From: the human T2T-CHM13v2.0 reference genome, Homo sapiens
Assembly (NCBI RefSeq): GCF_009914755.1
Contig: NC_060928.1
Strand: one strand, 5' to 3'
Length of the DNA: 64,000 nt
Position numbers and translations under genes: made by a program. The stretch's first letter is position 1, and each line of letters begins with the position of its first letter. Positions 12,184-30,991 of the stretch are shown in pieces. The notes beneath the pieces are model-generated. The model did no database searches. It saw only the letters and a program-made list of their open reading frames with translations, and had not been told where the DNA came from.

Positions 12184-12549
12184 TGTCTTCATCCATTCTG
12201 TGCTGCTATAGCAGACTCCTGCACACTGGGTAACTGACAGCTTACAGAAGCTTGTTGGCTTATGGTTCTGGAGGCTGGGAAGTCCAACCTCAAGGGGCTG
12301 CATCTGGTGAGGGCTTTCTTGTTGCATCATCACATCGCAGAATAGCAGAAGGGCAAGGAGAGAGAGAGAAAAGAGTGCTGAACCCACCCTTTGATAAGAA
12401 GCCCACTCCCATGATAATAGCACCAGCCCATTCAGGAGGGCAAAGCCCTCGTGGCTGCATCGCCTCTCAAAGGTTCCACCTCTCAAGATCATCACAATGA
12501 CAATCAAACTTCATGAATTTTGGAGGGGACAATTATTCAAACCAGAACA
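12184..12549 (-). mobile_element. ERVL-MaLR LTR (MSTD/MLT1A-like)
   Basis: tgtcttcatccattctgtgctgctata ... ggctgggaagtccaa ... ttttggagggg..attcaaacca. Confidence 0.75.
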
Positions 12550-13071
12550 GAGGGGGATGGCAAATGTTCTGAAAACAAGCCTAGAAATTGATCTTAGAAA
12601 TGGTGCAAAAGTAGATTTCCCCTTCTGTCTTTACCTGTGATGGTCTAACCCCAAAAGCCTCCCAGAACAGAACTTGTGAGCACAAGATAGAAACAACAAA
12701 CTTGATGCAGAGCTGAGCTCACAAGGAGGTCAGGGATGTGACAGGAACCAGAGACAAACAGAAGGCTGAAAACCAGGTCTTAAAGTGTGAGAGCCAAAGG
12801 GCAGCAGCCCAGGAGAGTGTTCGTCTGGAGCCCCGGGGTTTAAGTCTCCACACTCACATGGGAAAGGAGACGAGGCCTCCCTGGATCCACGTGAATCAGG
12901 AACTGGAACAAGGGCACTCAAAGGGCTACGCCATCAGGAGAGATGTGAATGAGTGTGCCCACAGGAACAGGAAGACAACAGGATGGTTCTGTGTTTGCCT
13001 GCCTGTTGTGGTTCTGTGAGACAGAAACAGTTTTGATGACAATTGATAATCAGGACTCAGAGCCTTGTTAG

Positions 13072-13272
<201 letters not shown>

Positions 13273-14174
13273 TGATATAAAACCTGGGCCCAGGCTAGTA
13301 ATACCCTTGAAGCCCATGACAGAAGCAGGCACAGTGATAGAAGCAAAATCACGTAGACATTATCAATCTAGCCCCCTCCAATTCCTACCCATAAAGCCCA
13401 CTGAAGATGAATTTACAATCATAAACTACAAAACATGCCAAGAAAGAACCACATGAGGGAAGTCAGCAGATGTGTGAACAGCAGGAACGGACTCCGCCAC
13501 CAAAGGCCTTCAAAAGGTGAATCAAGCAAAAAAGAGAACATTAATTAAACATGTTTAACATGGGTAAGAATTACAGGAATAAAAGAAGTAAATGAACAAG
13601 AATACGATTGCAAGGGAGTGGTAGAAGAATAGGCAGTTTTGAAGAACTAAATGGAATATCTAGAATGAAAAACCATGCTTGCTAAAATTAACTCAATGAG
13701 TGAGTTTAAAAAGCAATTTAGACCCAGCTGAGAGCTGAATTTGTGGTATATGCAGAAATTACTTCTGATGCGAGGCAGAGCATGATGACAGAATGAGGAG
13801 ATCCCAAACATCTATGAGAGTTCCATTCTGAATGATTAGAAGAATGAGGAAGCAACAGTATTTAAAAAGATAATCACTAAGAAAGTTCTATACTTGATGA
13901 AAAATGTGAATCCTAAGATTCAGGAACAGTGTGAGACTTCAGCTGGGGAAAAAAGATGAAACTACACTTCTACATTTAGGAGTAAAACTACAGAATACAA
14001 AAGACAAAAAAATTTTAAAGTGAAAAATAAAACCACTCAGATTACATCAAAAGCAGTTATCATGAAAGCAGCCTATCAATTACAATGATAAAAGCCAAGC
14101 AATAGTCAAATATCGATTTTTTTCAAAGTCACAAGATAAAATAAGTAGTAACATAGGATTCTGTACATAGCATT

Positions 14175-14500
14175 ATTTGTTACCTATTGGGGCATAACAA
14201 AATTCCCCAAAACTTTGCAGCTTAAAAAACATTCAGTATTTCACCATTGCCATGAGTCAGGAATCCAGGCGTGGCTTGAGTCCTCTGCATATTGGCTTCT
14301 CACCAGACTGCAATCAGGACAATAGCACAGTATCTGTGGTCTCATCTGAAGGCTTGCCTGAGGAAGTCTGCATCCAAGCTTACTCTTCGTTGGCTGTTGG
14401 GCAGAGGCACCCTCAGCTCCCAGCCATGTAGGCTTTCCCATGGTGCAGCTTCTATCAACAAAGCACGCCAGACAAGAGGACAACACACAGTCTTCTAGGA
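14175..14500. mobile_element. MLT1-type MaLR LTR fragment
   Basis: ttacctattggggcataacaaaattccccaaaact..gcttaaaa..gagtcaggaatcc motif. Confidence 0.6.
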
Positions 14501-15109
14501 AGAAGAAAGCCACAATCTTTTTTTAAAAAGCAAAGCAATATTTATGTAATTGCCACTTGGTTTGAGAAGTAGAACACTGTGTCAAAAACCCCTCCAAAGC
14601 CCCCGCCAGTAACTGCCCTCCTCCTTCTCCCCAGTGCAACCACTGCCCTCACTTCTGTCTTTTTTTCAACTTTTAAAAATTGTGGTAAAATGCATATAAC
14701 TTAAAATTACAACCTTAATCATTTTAAGTGTACAGTTTGGTGGTGGTAAATACACTCGTGATGTGCAACCATCACCACCATGCATCTGTATAGAACTCTT
14801 TCCATCTTGTAAAACTGAAACTCTGTCTCCATTAAACAATAATTCATCATTTCCCTTCCCCTGGCCCTAGTACCCACCATTCCACTTTCTGTTTCTATAA
14901 TTTTGACTACTCTAACTACCTCATATAAGTGGAATTCTGTGGTAGTTGTATTTTTAGCAACTGGCTTATTTCGCTTGGTGCAGTGTCCTCAAGATTCATC
15001 CATGTTGCAGCCTGTGTCAGAATCTCATCCCTTTTTAAGGCTAAATAGTATCCCATTGTTCATACCACGTTCTGCTTATTCATTTATCCATCAGTGGGCA
15101 CTTGGGTTG

Positions 15110-15469
15110 TGATATGGTTTGGCTGTGTCCCCACCCAAATCTCATCTTGAATTGTGGCTCCCACAATTCCCACATGTTGTGGGAGGGACCCAGTGGGAAG
15201 TAATTGAATCATGGGGGCAGGTCTTTCCCATGCTGTTCTCGTGGTGGTGGATAAGTCTCACGAGATCTGATGGTTTTATAAAGGGGAGTTTTCCTGCACA
15301 AGTTCTCTTCTCTTGTCTGCCGCCATGTGATATGTGCACTTCACCTTCTGCCATGATTGTGAGGTCTCCCCAGCCACGTGAAACTGTGAGTCCATTAAAC
15401 CTCTTTTTCCTTATAAATTACCCAGTCTTGCATATGTCTTTATCAGCAGCATGAAAATGGACTAATACA
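15110..15469 (+). mobile_element. THE1 solo LTR (ERVL-MaLR), 360 bp
   Basis: TGATATGGTTTGGCTGTGTCCCCACCCAAATCTC ... GGACTAATACA; GGTTG target-site duplication at 15105-15109 and 15470-15474. Confidence 0.92.
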
Positions 15470-15804
15470 GGTTGCTTTCATGTTTTAGCTATTGTGAATA
15501 ATGCTGCCATGAACATGTGCATACAAATATCTCTTTGAGAGCCTGCTTTCAATTATTTGGGGTATATGTGCAGAAATCTAGTTGCTGGGTAACTCTATTT
15601 TTAATTTTTTGGGGAAGCACCATACTGTTTTCCATCGTGGATGTACCATTTCACATTCCCAGCAACAGTGCAGAAGGGTTCCAGTTTCTCCACATCCTCG
15701 CCAACACTAGTTATTTTCTGGATTTTTTGTGTGTTTTTTTGTTTGCTTGTTTGTTTTATTAATATAGTAACCAACCTAATGGTGTTAGGTGGTATATCAT
15801 TGCA

Positions 15805-16138
15805 GTTTTGTTTGGTTTTTGTTTTGTTTTTTGTTTTTGAGACAGGGTCTCACTCTGTTTCCCATGCTGGAGTATAAGTGGTGCAATCATAGCTTACTGC
15901 AGACTTGACCTCCTGGGCTCCAGTGATCCTCCTACTCAGTCTCCTGAGTAGCTGGAAATACAGGCATACACCACCATGCCTGGCTAATTTTAAATTTTAT
16001 TTTATTTTATTTTATTTTTAGAGAAGTGGTGTGGGGGGGTCTCACTATGTTGCTCAGGTTGGTCTTGAACTGGGCTCAAGCAATCCCTTAGCCTCGCCAA
16101 GTGCTGGGATTACAGGTGTGAGCCACTGTTCCCCAGCC
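15805..16138 (-). mobile_element. Alu (J-type)
   Basis: Diverged full-length Alu. Confidence 0.9.
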
Positions 16139-17744
16139 TTATTGTAGTTTAGATATGCATTTGCCTAATGAATGGTGACGTCAAGCATTTTTATATACAT
16201 ATTGCCCATTTGAGTACTTATTTAGAGAAATGTCTATTCAAGTCATGTGTCTATTTTTGAATCAGCTTTTTGTTTCATTGTAGAGTTTTAGGAGTTTTCT
16301 ACATATTAAGGATACTAATTCCTGATCACATACACAACTTGCAACTATTTTCTCCCATCTAGTGAGTTGCCTCTTTACTCTGTTGACATTGTTTTTTGCC
16401 TGTGCTTTTGTTGTCATATCCAAGAAATTATTGCCAAATCCAAAGTTGTATAGCTTTGTCTTATTATTATTTTTTAGAGTTTTACAGTTTTAGATTGTAC
16501 ATTTAGGTTTTTGTAGTTTGTATATGGTGTGAGGCAAAAGGTCCAGCTTTATTCTTCTGCAAATTAATGTCCTGTTTTCCCAACACCGCTTGTCAAAAAG
16601 ACTATTATTTTCCCCACTGGACGGTCTCAGCACCTTGTCAAAGATTATTTGACCATATATGTGAAGGTTTATTTCTGAACTCTGTGTTCTATTTCATTGA
16701 CCTATGTGTCTGTCTCTATGCCAGTGTGGTACTGGCATAAAGATAGACATGTAGGTCCAGGGTACCACACTGGTATGACGACAGACTGTAGATTACTGTA
16801 TTCTTGATCACTGTAGCTTTATAGTGAGTTTACCAGATTATGAAATTATTGATTACTATAGCTTTGTAGTAAGTATTGAAATCAGGAAGTGTGAGTCCTC
16901 TAACTTTCTTCTTTTCTTTCAACATTGCTTTTGCTATTTGGGATCCCTTGAGATTCTATATGAGTTTTAGGATGGGTTTTTCCATTTCTGAGAAAAAAAG
17001 GCTTTGTGGTTTTGATGGGGTAGAATTAAATCTGTAGATTACTTTGAGTACTATTGACATCTTCCAATCCATGAACATGGGATGTCTTCTTTATTTATTT
17101 ATGTCTTCTTTAATTTCTTACCGCAATTTTTTTTGTAGTTGTCAGTACAGAAGTCTTTAACCTCCTCAGTTAAGCTGATTCCTAAATATTTTATTTTATT
17201 CTTTTTGCTGCTACTGTAAGTAGAATTGTTTTCATAATTTGCTTTTTGGACTGTTCATTGTTAGTTAGCATGAACAATGTATTGATTTTTTATCCTGCTA
17301 CTTAGCTGAATTCATTTATTAGTTCATTTATTTTTCATGCCTAATTGTTCTGGCTAGCACTTTTAGTACTATGCTGAATAGCAGTGGGGAAACAGGCACC
17401 CTTCCTGTGGGTTTTTCGTATATGGCTTTTATTATGTAATGTTGAGGCAGTTTCCTTTTATTCCTAGTTTGTTAAGTGTTTTTCTTTAAATCATAAAATG
17501 TGTTGAATTTTGTCAAATGCTGCCACTGCATCAATTCAGATGGTTATGTGGGAGATTTTCCCCTTCTGGAAATGTTGTGTATTGCACTGATCCATTTTCA
17601 GTTGAGCCGTCTTAGTACTCCAAGAATAAGTCACACTTGGTCATAGTGTGTAATCCTTTTTTTAATATGCTGCTGAATTAGGTTTGCTAGTATTTTGTTG
17701 AGAATTTTCACATCTATATTCATCAGGGATGTTAGTTCTGTAGT

Positions 17745-18357
<613 letters not shown>

Positions 18358-19421
18358 AGTTTTCTTTTCTCATAGTGTCTTCGTCTGGCTTTGGCATCAG
18401 GATAATGTTGGCCTCATAGAATAGTTAGGAAGTAGTCCTTCGCCTTCAGTTTTTCTGAAGCGTTTGAGAAGAATCGGTATTCTTCATCCAATATTTGGGA
18501 GAATTTGCCAGTGAAGCCATCAAGTCCAGGGCTTTTCTTTGTCAGATTTTTCATTACTGATTCAATCTCCACATTAGTTATAATTCTGTTAAGACTTTCT
18601 ATTTATTCCTGATTTGTTTCTCAGTAGATTTTGTGTCTCTAGGAATTTGTTTATTTCATCCATGTTATCCAATGTGTTGGCATACAATTGTTCATAGTAC
18701 TCTCTTACAATTTTTTTTTATTTCTATAGAGTCAGTAGTAATGTGCCCACTTTCATTTCTGATTTAGTAACTGGAGTTTTCCCTCTATTTTCTTAGTCCA
18801 TCTAGTGAAAGGCTTGTTAATTTTGTTGATCTTTCAAAGAACTAACTTTTGGTTTTACTGGTTTTTCTCTATTGTTTTTCAATTCTTTATTTCATTTATC
18901 TCTTCTCTAACCTTCAGTATTTCTTTTCTTCTGCTAGCTTTGGGTTTAGTTTATTCTTCTTTTTCTAGCTCCTTAAGTTGTAAAGTTAGGTTGCGGGTTT
19001 GAGATCTTGCTAGTTTTTTAGTGTAAGCATTTATAACTATGAACTTCCCCTGTGGCACTGCTTTTGCAGCATCCTGTAAGTGCTGGTCTGCTGCGTTTTC
19101 GTTTTCATTCTAAGTATTTTCTTTTTCCCTTGTGATTTCTTCTCTGGACTGTTGGTTGTTTAAGAGTGTGTTGTTTAACTTCCAGAAATTTGTGGATTTT
19201 TCAGTTTTACTTCTGTTATTGATTTCTAACGTTATCCTATTGTGGTTGGAGAAGAGTTTGTATGATACCTACATTTTAAAATTGATTGAGACCTAATTTG
19301 TGGCCTAACAGATGGTGTATCCTGGAAAATGACTCATGCTTATTTGAGAAGGATGTATATGCTGCTATTGTTCTTGGTAGAATGTCTGGATGTGTGTTAG
19401 ATCTAGTTGGTTTATTGTGTT

Positions 19422-19790
19422 GCTGCCCGCCGCTGCCCTACACTCCTCTCACCCAACTACGCATCCAACTCTGCTGAACAGTGAGCTAACACAGCACAGA
19501 CTGCCCGCCCTACATGCCTCTTACCCAACTACGTGTCCAACTCTGCTGAAACCCGAGCTAACACAGCACAGGCTGCCCGCCGCTGCCCTACACGCCTCTC
19601 ACCCAGCTAGACTCGCATCCAACTCTGCTGAACCACCAGCTAACACAGCACAGGCTGCCCGCCGCTGCCCTACACGCCTCTCACCCAGCTAGACTCACTG
19701 TCCAACTCTGCTGAACCACCAGCTAACACAGCACAGACTGCTCGCCGCTGCCCTACGCGCTTCTCACCCGGCTAGACTCGTGTCAAACTC
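19422..19790. repeat. ~80-bp minisatellite, ~4.5 copies
   Basis: Unit gctgcccgccgctgccctacacgcctctcacccagctagactcgcatccaactctgctgaaccaccagctaacacagcacag. Confidence 0.9.
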
Positions 19791-20949
19791 CAAGCAGACT
19801 GGTGAGACAGCGCTGCTACAATACAGGGTACAGGAGCCAAGGGGACGGCGCACAGGGACTTCTGTGTAACCATTTGTGGCCTGGGACCCCAGAGCTAGTG
19901 TCTGGCAATGTTTGGGTTTAGACCTAGGGGTGATGGCTCCAGTCCTGCCCACTTTGCCCCATCCTCTGGGTCCCGAGCCTACCCTGGGCCTTTGGACTCC
20001 TGCCAGGCCTTGCGGCAGGTGCATCACACTGTTGGGTTCCTAAGTGCCACAGGCCTGGGATCAGCAGACGTGAGGAACACCAACGGTGTCCCTGGAAAGC
20101 AATCCCCGGGGCTGGGTGAGGCAGGAGGAGTGTAGCAGGTGGGGAAGCTGGATAGAGGTGGCCAGGATGGGAGCTGTGCTCTGTGGGCCATGAGAAGGGT
20201 GGAAGGACTTGGGGGCAGGGAGAGATTTTGGGTTTGTCTTCATAAGGGTCACTCTGGCTGCTCTCAGGGGGATTGAAGGAGCAAGGCAGGGAGACACAGT
20301 GGCGTTCATGGTCATGGGGGAAGGGCTGCTTTCCAGCGGTAGGGCTGAGAAACGGTGAGGAAGAAGCCTGGGGTGGCGGGTGGCTTGCACTGACTCTGGG
20401 CTGCGGTCCTACCTAAGCTCCAGGGAGGACGGGGTTTCTGAGGAGACCTGGGGAACAGGACACATCCATGGAACCCCCCGGTGGAGGTGGATGGCCGATG
20501 AGCCTGGGGCCCAGAGGCAGCACTTGAAGTCACAGGAGCTAAGAGCAACAGTGGGTAAGGCAAGGAGAGGGGTCAGAGAAGCGTGGCCTGGGTCAGAGCG
20601 TGCCTTCCAGGGAGGTGAGTGAACCTAAGGGGAACCTGGCAGGAGGAGGGATGAGTAGGGTCTGCAGTAGAGACAATGGGGCTGGCAGGGCAGAGTTCGG
20701 GCAACGCGGACCTGCCTGGGGAGAAGCGGCTTGGAGCCGATGTGGACGGGTGCACATCCAGTGAACCACAGTGTCAGGGCGTGATCCCCGGGGTGGGGAA
20801 CGTGAGGACCAGGAGGAGGGGCTGTTTGAGCAGGGAATTGGGTGCAGGGACCTTGGGCGCAGGTCTGAGGAGGGGGATATGGGCGACCCCTTCCTCTTCT
20901 CACACCAGGACGCCGGGGTGTCGCTCGTGGAGGATGGGGGATGGGATCG

Positions 20950-24247
<3,298 letters not shown>

Positions 24248-24976
24248 TGGTTTCTATCCTTAAAACAGAACCAGCTGGAACCCTCTGGAAAGTTCCAGAA
24301 CCACCAGCATCAGGGTGGCCAAGACGTGGGCACTGCCAGACAGGGGACCATGTGGGGCCAGAAGAAATTATAGGACATAGCAGGTCTCAGACATGACCAG
24401 AGACTGCTGCCAGTGGTGGAAGGCTTCCCTGAGCGTGATGACCTGGCCACTCCACAGGAAGCCTCCACACCCAAGGTTAAAGGTGTCCAGCTGCGGCCAG
24501 GGTTCCGGGGTACCTGTGGATCCCGTGACGTGGCACCGAAGATCTGAGCTGTGCAGAGGAGCTGCACCACAGAGGCCAGGTTTCCGTGTGGAGAACGCGC
24601 ATAATGGGAGGCCTTGAGCTGAGACCCAGCCCCCGACCCCCACCCCCACCCACCAGCAGGGGATTCTCCTCAGGGCCTCACAGAGCACCACGTGGTGTCA
24701 TTGCTGGTCCTGCCATAGCTCCCAGGACCAATGCTTCCCAGAACTCCCTGCTACATAAATACATCCGGTCCCTTTCCCTCGAGATCTTGAAAAGTGAAGA
24801 CTTCACTTGGCAGTAACGGTAAAACATTTCAACATGGTAAGTTGTCATTTTATGCACACATGGAATGGTGGCCCATAAAGGGCCTGGGGGTCCAATATCC
24901 TACATACTGGACTCCTCATTAGTCCTCTGAGTCTTCTGTTCCCCAACACACTGCATTGGGATCAAACTGAATTTGC

Positions 24977-25262
24977 AGCCAGGCATCATAGCTCATGCCT
25001 GTAATTCCAGCACTTTGGGAGGCTGAGATAGAGGATCACTTGAGGCCAGGAGTCCAAGACCAGCCTGGGGAACATAACGAGACCTTGCCTCTAAAAAAAA
25101 AATTTTAAAAATTAGCCTGGTGTAGTGGGCATGCCTATAGTCTTAGCTACTAGGGAGGCTGAGGTAGGAGGATCACTTGAGCCCAGGAGTTCAAAGTTAT
25201 AGTGAGCTAAGAGTGCATCACAGCACTCCAGCCCGGGCAACAGAGCAAGACCCTGATTCTAA
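24977..25262 (+). mobile_element. Alu (J-type) followed by a (CA)n tract
   Basis: Full Alu body. Confidence 0.9.
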
Positions 25263-25480
25263 ACACACCTATACACACACACACACACACCCCACCACCA
25301 ACAACAATGAAAAACCCTGAATTTACATCCTTCACGATAAAGTGATAGCTTCTGTGACATTTGCACAGAATTCTGAGTAAAGTTGCCTTTTCAGTCACAT
25401 CTGTTAATGTTGACAAGACATAATCTAAAAATCAAGAGGATGAGAATAGAAGGACCACTTCCCTTCTAGTGACCTCCTGG

Positions 25481-25788
25481 ACCACACCAAGCACCAACAT
25501 CATGAGGATCCAAGGAATCTCTGGAAAGTTCTATCTCCAGAAGATACCCTGAGAACACTTAGGCCCTCCCAGACCACATGAAGAACCAACGTCATAAGGA
25601 TCCAAGGCATCCCTGGAAAGTTCCTTCTCCAGAAGAAGGATCCAAGGCATCTCTGGAAAGTTCCATCTCCAGAAGATTCCCTGAGAACACTTAGGCCCTC
25701 CCAGACCACACCAAGCACCAACATCATGAGGATCCAAGGCGTCCCTGGAAAGTTCCCTCTCCAGAAGATTCCCTGAGAAGACTTAGGC
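25481..25788. repeat. ~92-bp tandem repeat, ~3.5 copies
   Basis: Four copies of ggatccaagg...ctggaaagttc..tctccagaaga. Confidence 0.85.
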
Positions 25789-26377
25789 ATGATCTTAAAT
25801 AAATATTCCTGTTGTTTAAAAGGCCTTAAATTCCTCATATTTAAGCTGTTGGGAGTCCCTTGCAATTCCATATACACTTGAGAATCTACTTTTATTTCTT
25901 TGAACAGGGCTGTTGGAATTTTGATAGGCATTGTGTTGAATCTGTAGATCACTTTGGGTAGTATTGACATCTTAACAATATTAAGTCTTCCTATCCATGA
26001 ATATGGGATGTCTTTCCATTTATTTAGGTGTTCTTTAATTTCTTTTAGCAATCTTTTCTATTTTCAGCATACGAGTCTTTCACCTCCTTGGTTAGACTTA
26101 TTTCTGAGTATTTAATTCTTTTAGATCTTGTTGTAAATGGCATTGTTTACTTAATTTCCTGTTTGAATTGTTCAATACTGATGCACAGAAACAAATGAAT
26201 TTTGCGTGTTGGTCTTGATGTGTTGATCTTGTAACTTTGCTGAATTTGTTTATGAGCTATTGTACCTTCTTGTGGGTTCTTTTGGATTTTCTATATGTAG
26301 GATTATGTCATCTTCAAATAGAGATCGTTTTACCACTTCCCATCCATTTGGGTGTTTTTCATTTCTTTTTTTGTCTA

Positions 26378-27376
26378 TGTAGGGGCCAGCCCTACAGGGT
26401 CTGTGGGTTTTTCTCCCCATGTGTGGAGACAAGAGATTGTAGAAATAAAGACACAAGACAAAAAGATAGAAGAAAAAACAGCTGGGCTCGGGGGACCACT
26501 ACCACCAAGACGTGGAGACCGGTAGTGGCCCCGAATGCCTGGCTGTGCTGTTATTTATTGGATACAAAGCAAAAGAGTAAAGAGTGTGTCATCGCCAATG
26601 ATTGATAAGGTCATGTGAGTCATGTGTCCACTGGACAGGGGGCCCTTCCCTGTTAGGTAGCCAAAGCGGAGAGAGAGAGGACAGCTTAGGTCATTATTTT
26701 TTCTATGCTCTTTTTAGAAAGATCAAAGACTTTAATACTTTCACTAATTTTGCTACTGCTGTCTAGAGGGCGGAGCCAGGTGTACAGAGTGGAACATGAA
26801 AGTGAAACAGGAGCGTGACCGCTGAAGCACAGCATCACAGGGAGATGGTTAGGCCTCCAGATAACTGCGGGCGGGCCTAACTGATGTCAGGCCCTCCACA
26901 AGAGGTGGTGGAACAGAGTCTTCTCTAAACTCCCCTGGGAAAAGGGAGACTCCCTTTCCCAGTCTGCTAAGTAGCGGGTGCTTTTCCTTGGCACTGATGC
27001 TACAGCTAGACCATGGTCTGCTTGGTAATGGGCATCTTCCCAGATGCTGGCGTTACCGCTAGACCAAGGAGCCCTCTAGTGGCCCTGTCTGGGAGTGACA
27101 GAGGGCTCATACTCTTCTGGTCACTTCTCACCGTGCCCCTTCAGCTCCTATCTCTGTATGGCCTGGTTTTTCCTAGGTTGTAATTGTAGAGCAAGGATTA
27201 TTATAATATTGGAATAAAGAGTAATTGCTACAAACTAATGATTAATGATATTCATATATAATTATATCTATGATCTATATTTAGTATAACTTTTGTTATT
27301 TTATGTATTTTATTACACTGGAACAGCTCGTGCCCTTGGTCTCTTGCCTCGGCACCTGGGTGGCTTGCCGCCCATA
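26378..27376 (-). mobile_element. LTR13-type solo LTR (ERVK class), ~1 kb
   Basis: Reverse complement begins tatgggcggcaagccacccaggtgccgaggcaagagacc; GTCTA duplicated at 26373-26377 and 27377-27381. Confidence 0.85.
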
Positions 27377-27491
27377 GTCTATAGCATTGGTACAACTTCC
27401 AGTATGCTGTTGAATAGTAGTGGTGAGAGCCTTGTTCCTGACCTTAGGGGAAAAGCTTTCAGTCTTTCACAACTGAGTATGATGTTAGCTC

Positions 27492-28113
<622 letters not shown>

Positions 28114-28979
28114 ATGGGTTTCTCATAATACCCTTTATCATGTTGAGAAATTTTGTTTCCATTCTTAGTTTTCTGAGCTTTTCTTTCTTAAATCATGGAA
28201 GGTATTAGATTTTGTCAAATACTTTTTCTGTGTAAATTGAGATAATTATGTGGATTTTTTTCCCTTAATTCTATTAATGTGGTGTATTACATTGATTGAT
28301 TTTCTCATGTTGAACCATCCTTGCATTCCTAGATAAATTTAACTTGGTCATGATGAGTAGATGAACAATCCTTTTAAGATGCTGTTGCATTCAATCTGCT
28401 AATATTTTGCTGAGGATTTTGCATCTGTATTTGTAAGTGGTATTGGTCTGTACTTTTCTTTTCCATGAATGTCTTTATCTTGTTTCAGTATTAGGGTAAT
28501 GCTGGCTGCATAGAATGAGTTAGGAAGTGTTCCTCCTGTTCAACTATTTGGAAACATTTGAGAAGAACTGGTATTAATTTTCCTTTAAATGTTTAGTTGA
28601 ACTAACCTGTGAAGCCATATGGCCCAGGACTTTTCTGTGCTGGAAGGTTAATGAGTAATTTAAAGCAAATCACTGATTTAATCTCTTTACATGTTATAGG
28701 TCTGTTGGGATTTTTTACTTTTTCTTGAGTCCATTTAGGTTAATGTGTGTTTTAAGGAATTTGTTCATTTCTCCTATGTTATCTAATTTGTTAGAATACA
28801 ATTGTTGACATATTCTCTAATAATCCTTTTTATTTCTATAAGGCCATTTTCACATCTGGTTTCACTTCTGGTTTTTATTTGTGTCTTCTCTTTTTGTTCT
28901 TTGTCAGTCTACGCAAAGGTTTATCAATTGTATTGATATTTTTTAAAAAATCAACTTTTGGTTTTATTAATTTCCTCTA

Positions 28980-29249
28980 TTTTTTTTCTTTTTTTGAGAC
29001 AGGGTCTCTCTCTGTCACCCAGGCCTCAGTGCAGTGGTGCAATCATGGCTCACTACAGCCTCGACCTCCCAGGCTCAAGTGATCCTCCCACCTCCAGTCT
29101 CCCAAGTAGCTGGGACTATAGGCACATGCCACCACACCCTGTTTCACCATGTTGGCTAGGCTGATCTCAAACTCCTTGGGCTCAAGCGATCCTCCCACCT
29201 TGGCTTCCCAAAGTGCTGGAATTACAGGTATGAGCCACCACACCTGGCC
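28980..29249 (-). mobile_element. Alu (J-type) with internal deletion
   Basis: Alu body lacking the middle A-rich linker. Confidence 0.85.
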
Positions 29250-29434
29250 TGTATTTTCTCTATCTCTTCTCTATTATTTTCTTGCTTCTGCTAATTATTA
29301 TTTCCCTGCTTCTGCTAGCTTTGGGTTTAGTTTGCTCTTCTTTTTCTAGTTCCTTAAGATGTAAGTTAGGTTATTAATTTGAGATCATTCTTCTTTTTTG
29401 TTGTTGTTATTGTTTCTTTTTTTAAATTTAAATT

Positions 29435-30215
<781 letters not shown>

Positions 30216-30488
30216 CTCTTCTTTTTAACATAGGCATTGATAGCTATCAGCTTCCCTCTGAGTGTTGCTTTTACTGCATTCCCTAAATTTTGGTATATTG
30301 TGTTTTTATTTTCATGTATCTCTAATTATGTTCTCATTTCCCTTGCAATTTCTTCTTTGACCAACTGGTTGTTTAAGAGAGTCTTATTTAAAATAATTTC
30401 CATAACTTTGTAAATTTTTCAATTTTCCTTCTGGTACTGATTTCTAACCTCATACTGTGATGGTCAGAGAGATTCTTTTGTATGATAC

Positions 30489-30912
30489 TGTATTAGTCAG
30501 GGTTCTCTTAGAGGGACAGAACTAATAGGCTATATTAGGGGAGTTTATTAAGTATTAACTTACACAATCACAAGGTCCCACAATAGGCCATCTGTAAGCT
30601 GAGGAGCAAGGAGAGCCAGTCCGAGTCCCAAAACTGGAGAATTTGGAGTCTGATGTTCGAGGGCAGGAAGCATCCAGCACAGAGAAAGATGTAGGCTGTG
30701 AGGCTAGGCCAGTCTCAACCTTTCATGTTTCTCTGCTTGCCTTATATTTGCTGGCAGTTGATTAGATTGTGCCCACCAGATTAAGAGTGAGTCTGCCTTC
30801 CCAAGTCCACTGACTCAAACGCTAATCTCCTTTGGTAACACCCTCACAGACACACCCAGGATTAACACCCTGCATCCTTCAATCAAGTTCACACTCAGTG
30901 TCAACCATCACA
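30489..30912 (-). mobile_element. MLT2A solo LTR (HERV-L)
   Basis: tgtattagtcagggttctc..agagggacagaactaatagg ... aaccatcaca; flanks gatac/gatat. Confidence 0.85.
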
Positions 30913-30991
30913 GATATCGATCCTTTTTAATCTACTCAGGCCTAACTTGTGGCTAATATATGGTCTATCCTGGAGCATGTCCTGTGCACAC

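Noticed and set aside
25500-26051. 183-aa ORF with L1 ORF2 similarity
   Set aside because: Short decayed L1 fragment fused by chance to a tandem repeat; no intact L1 ORF in the window.
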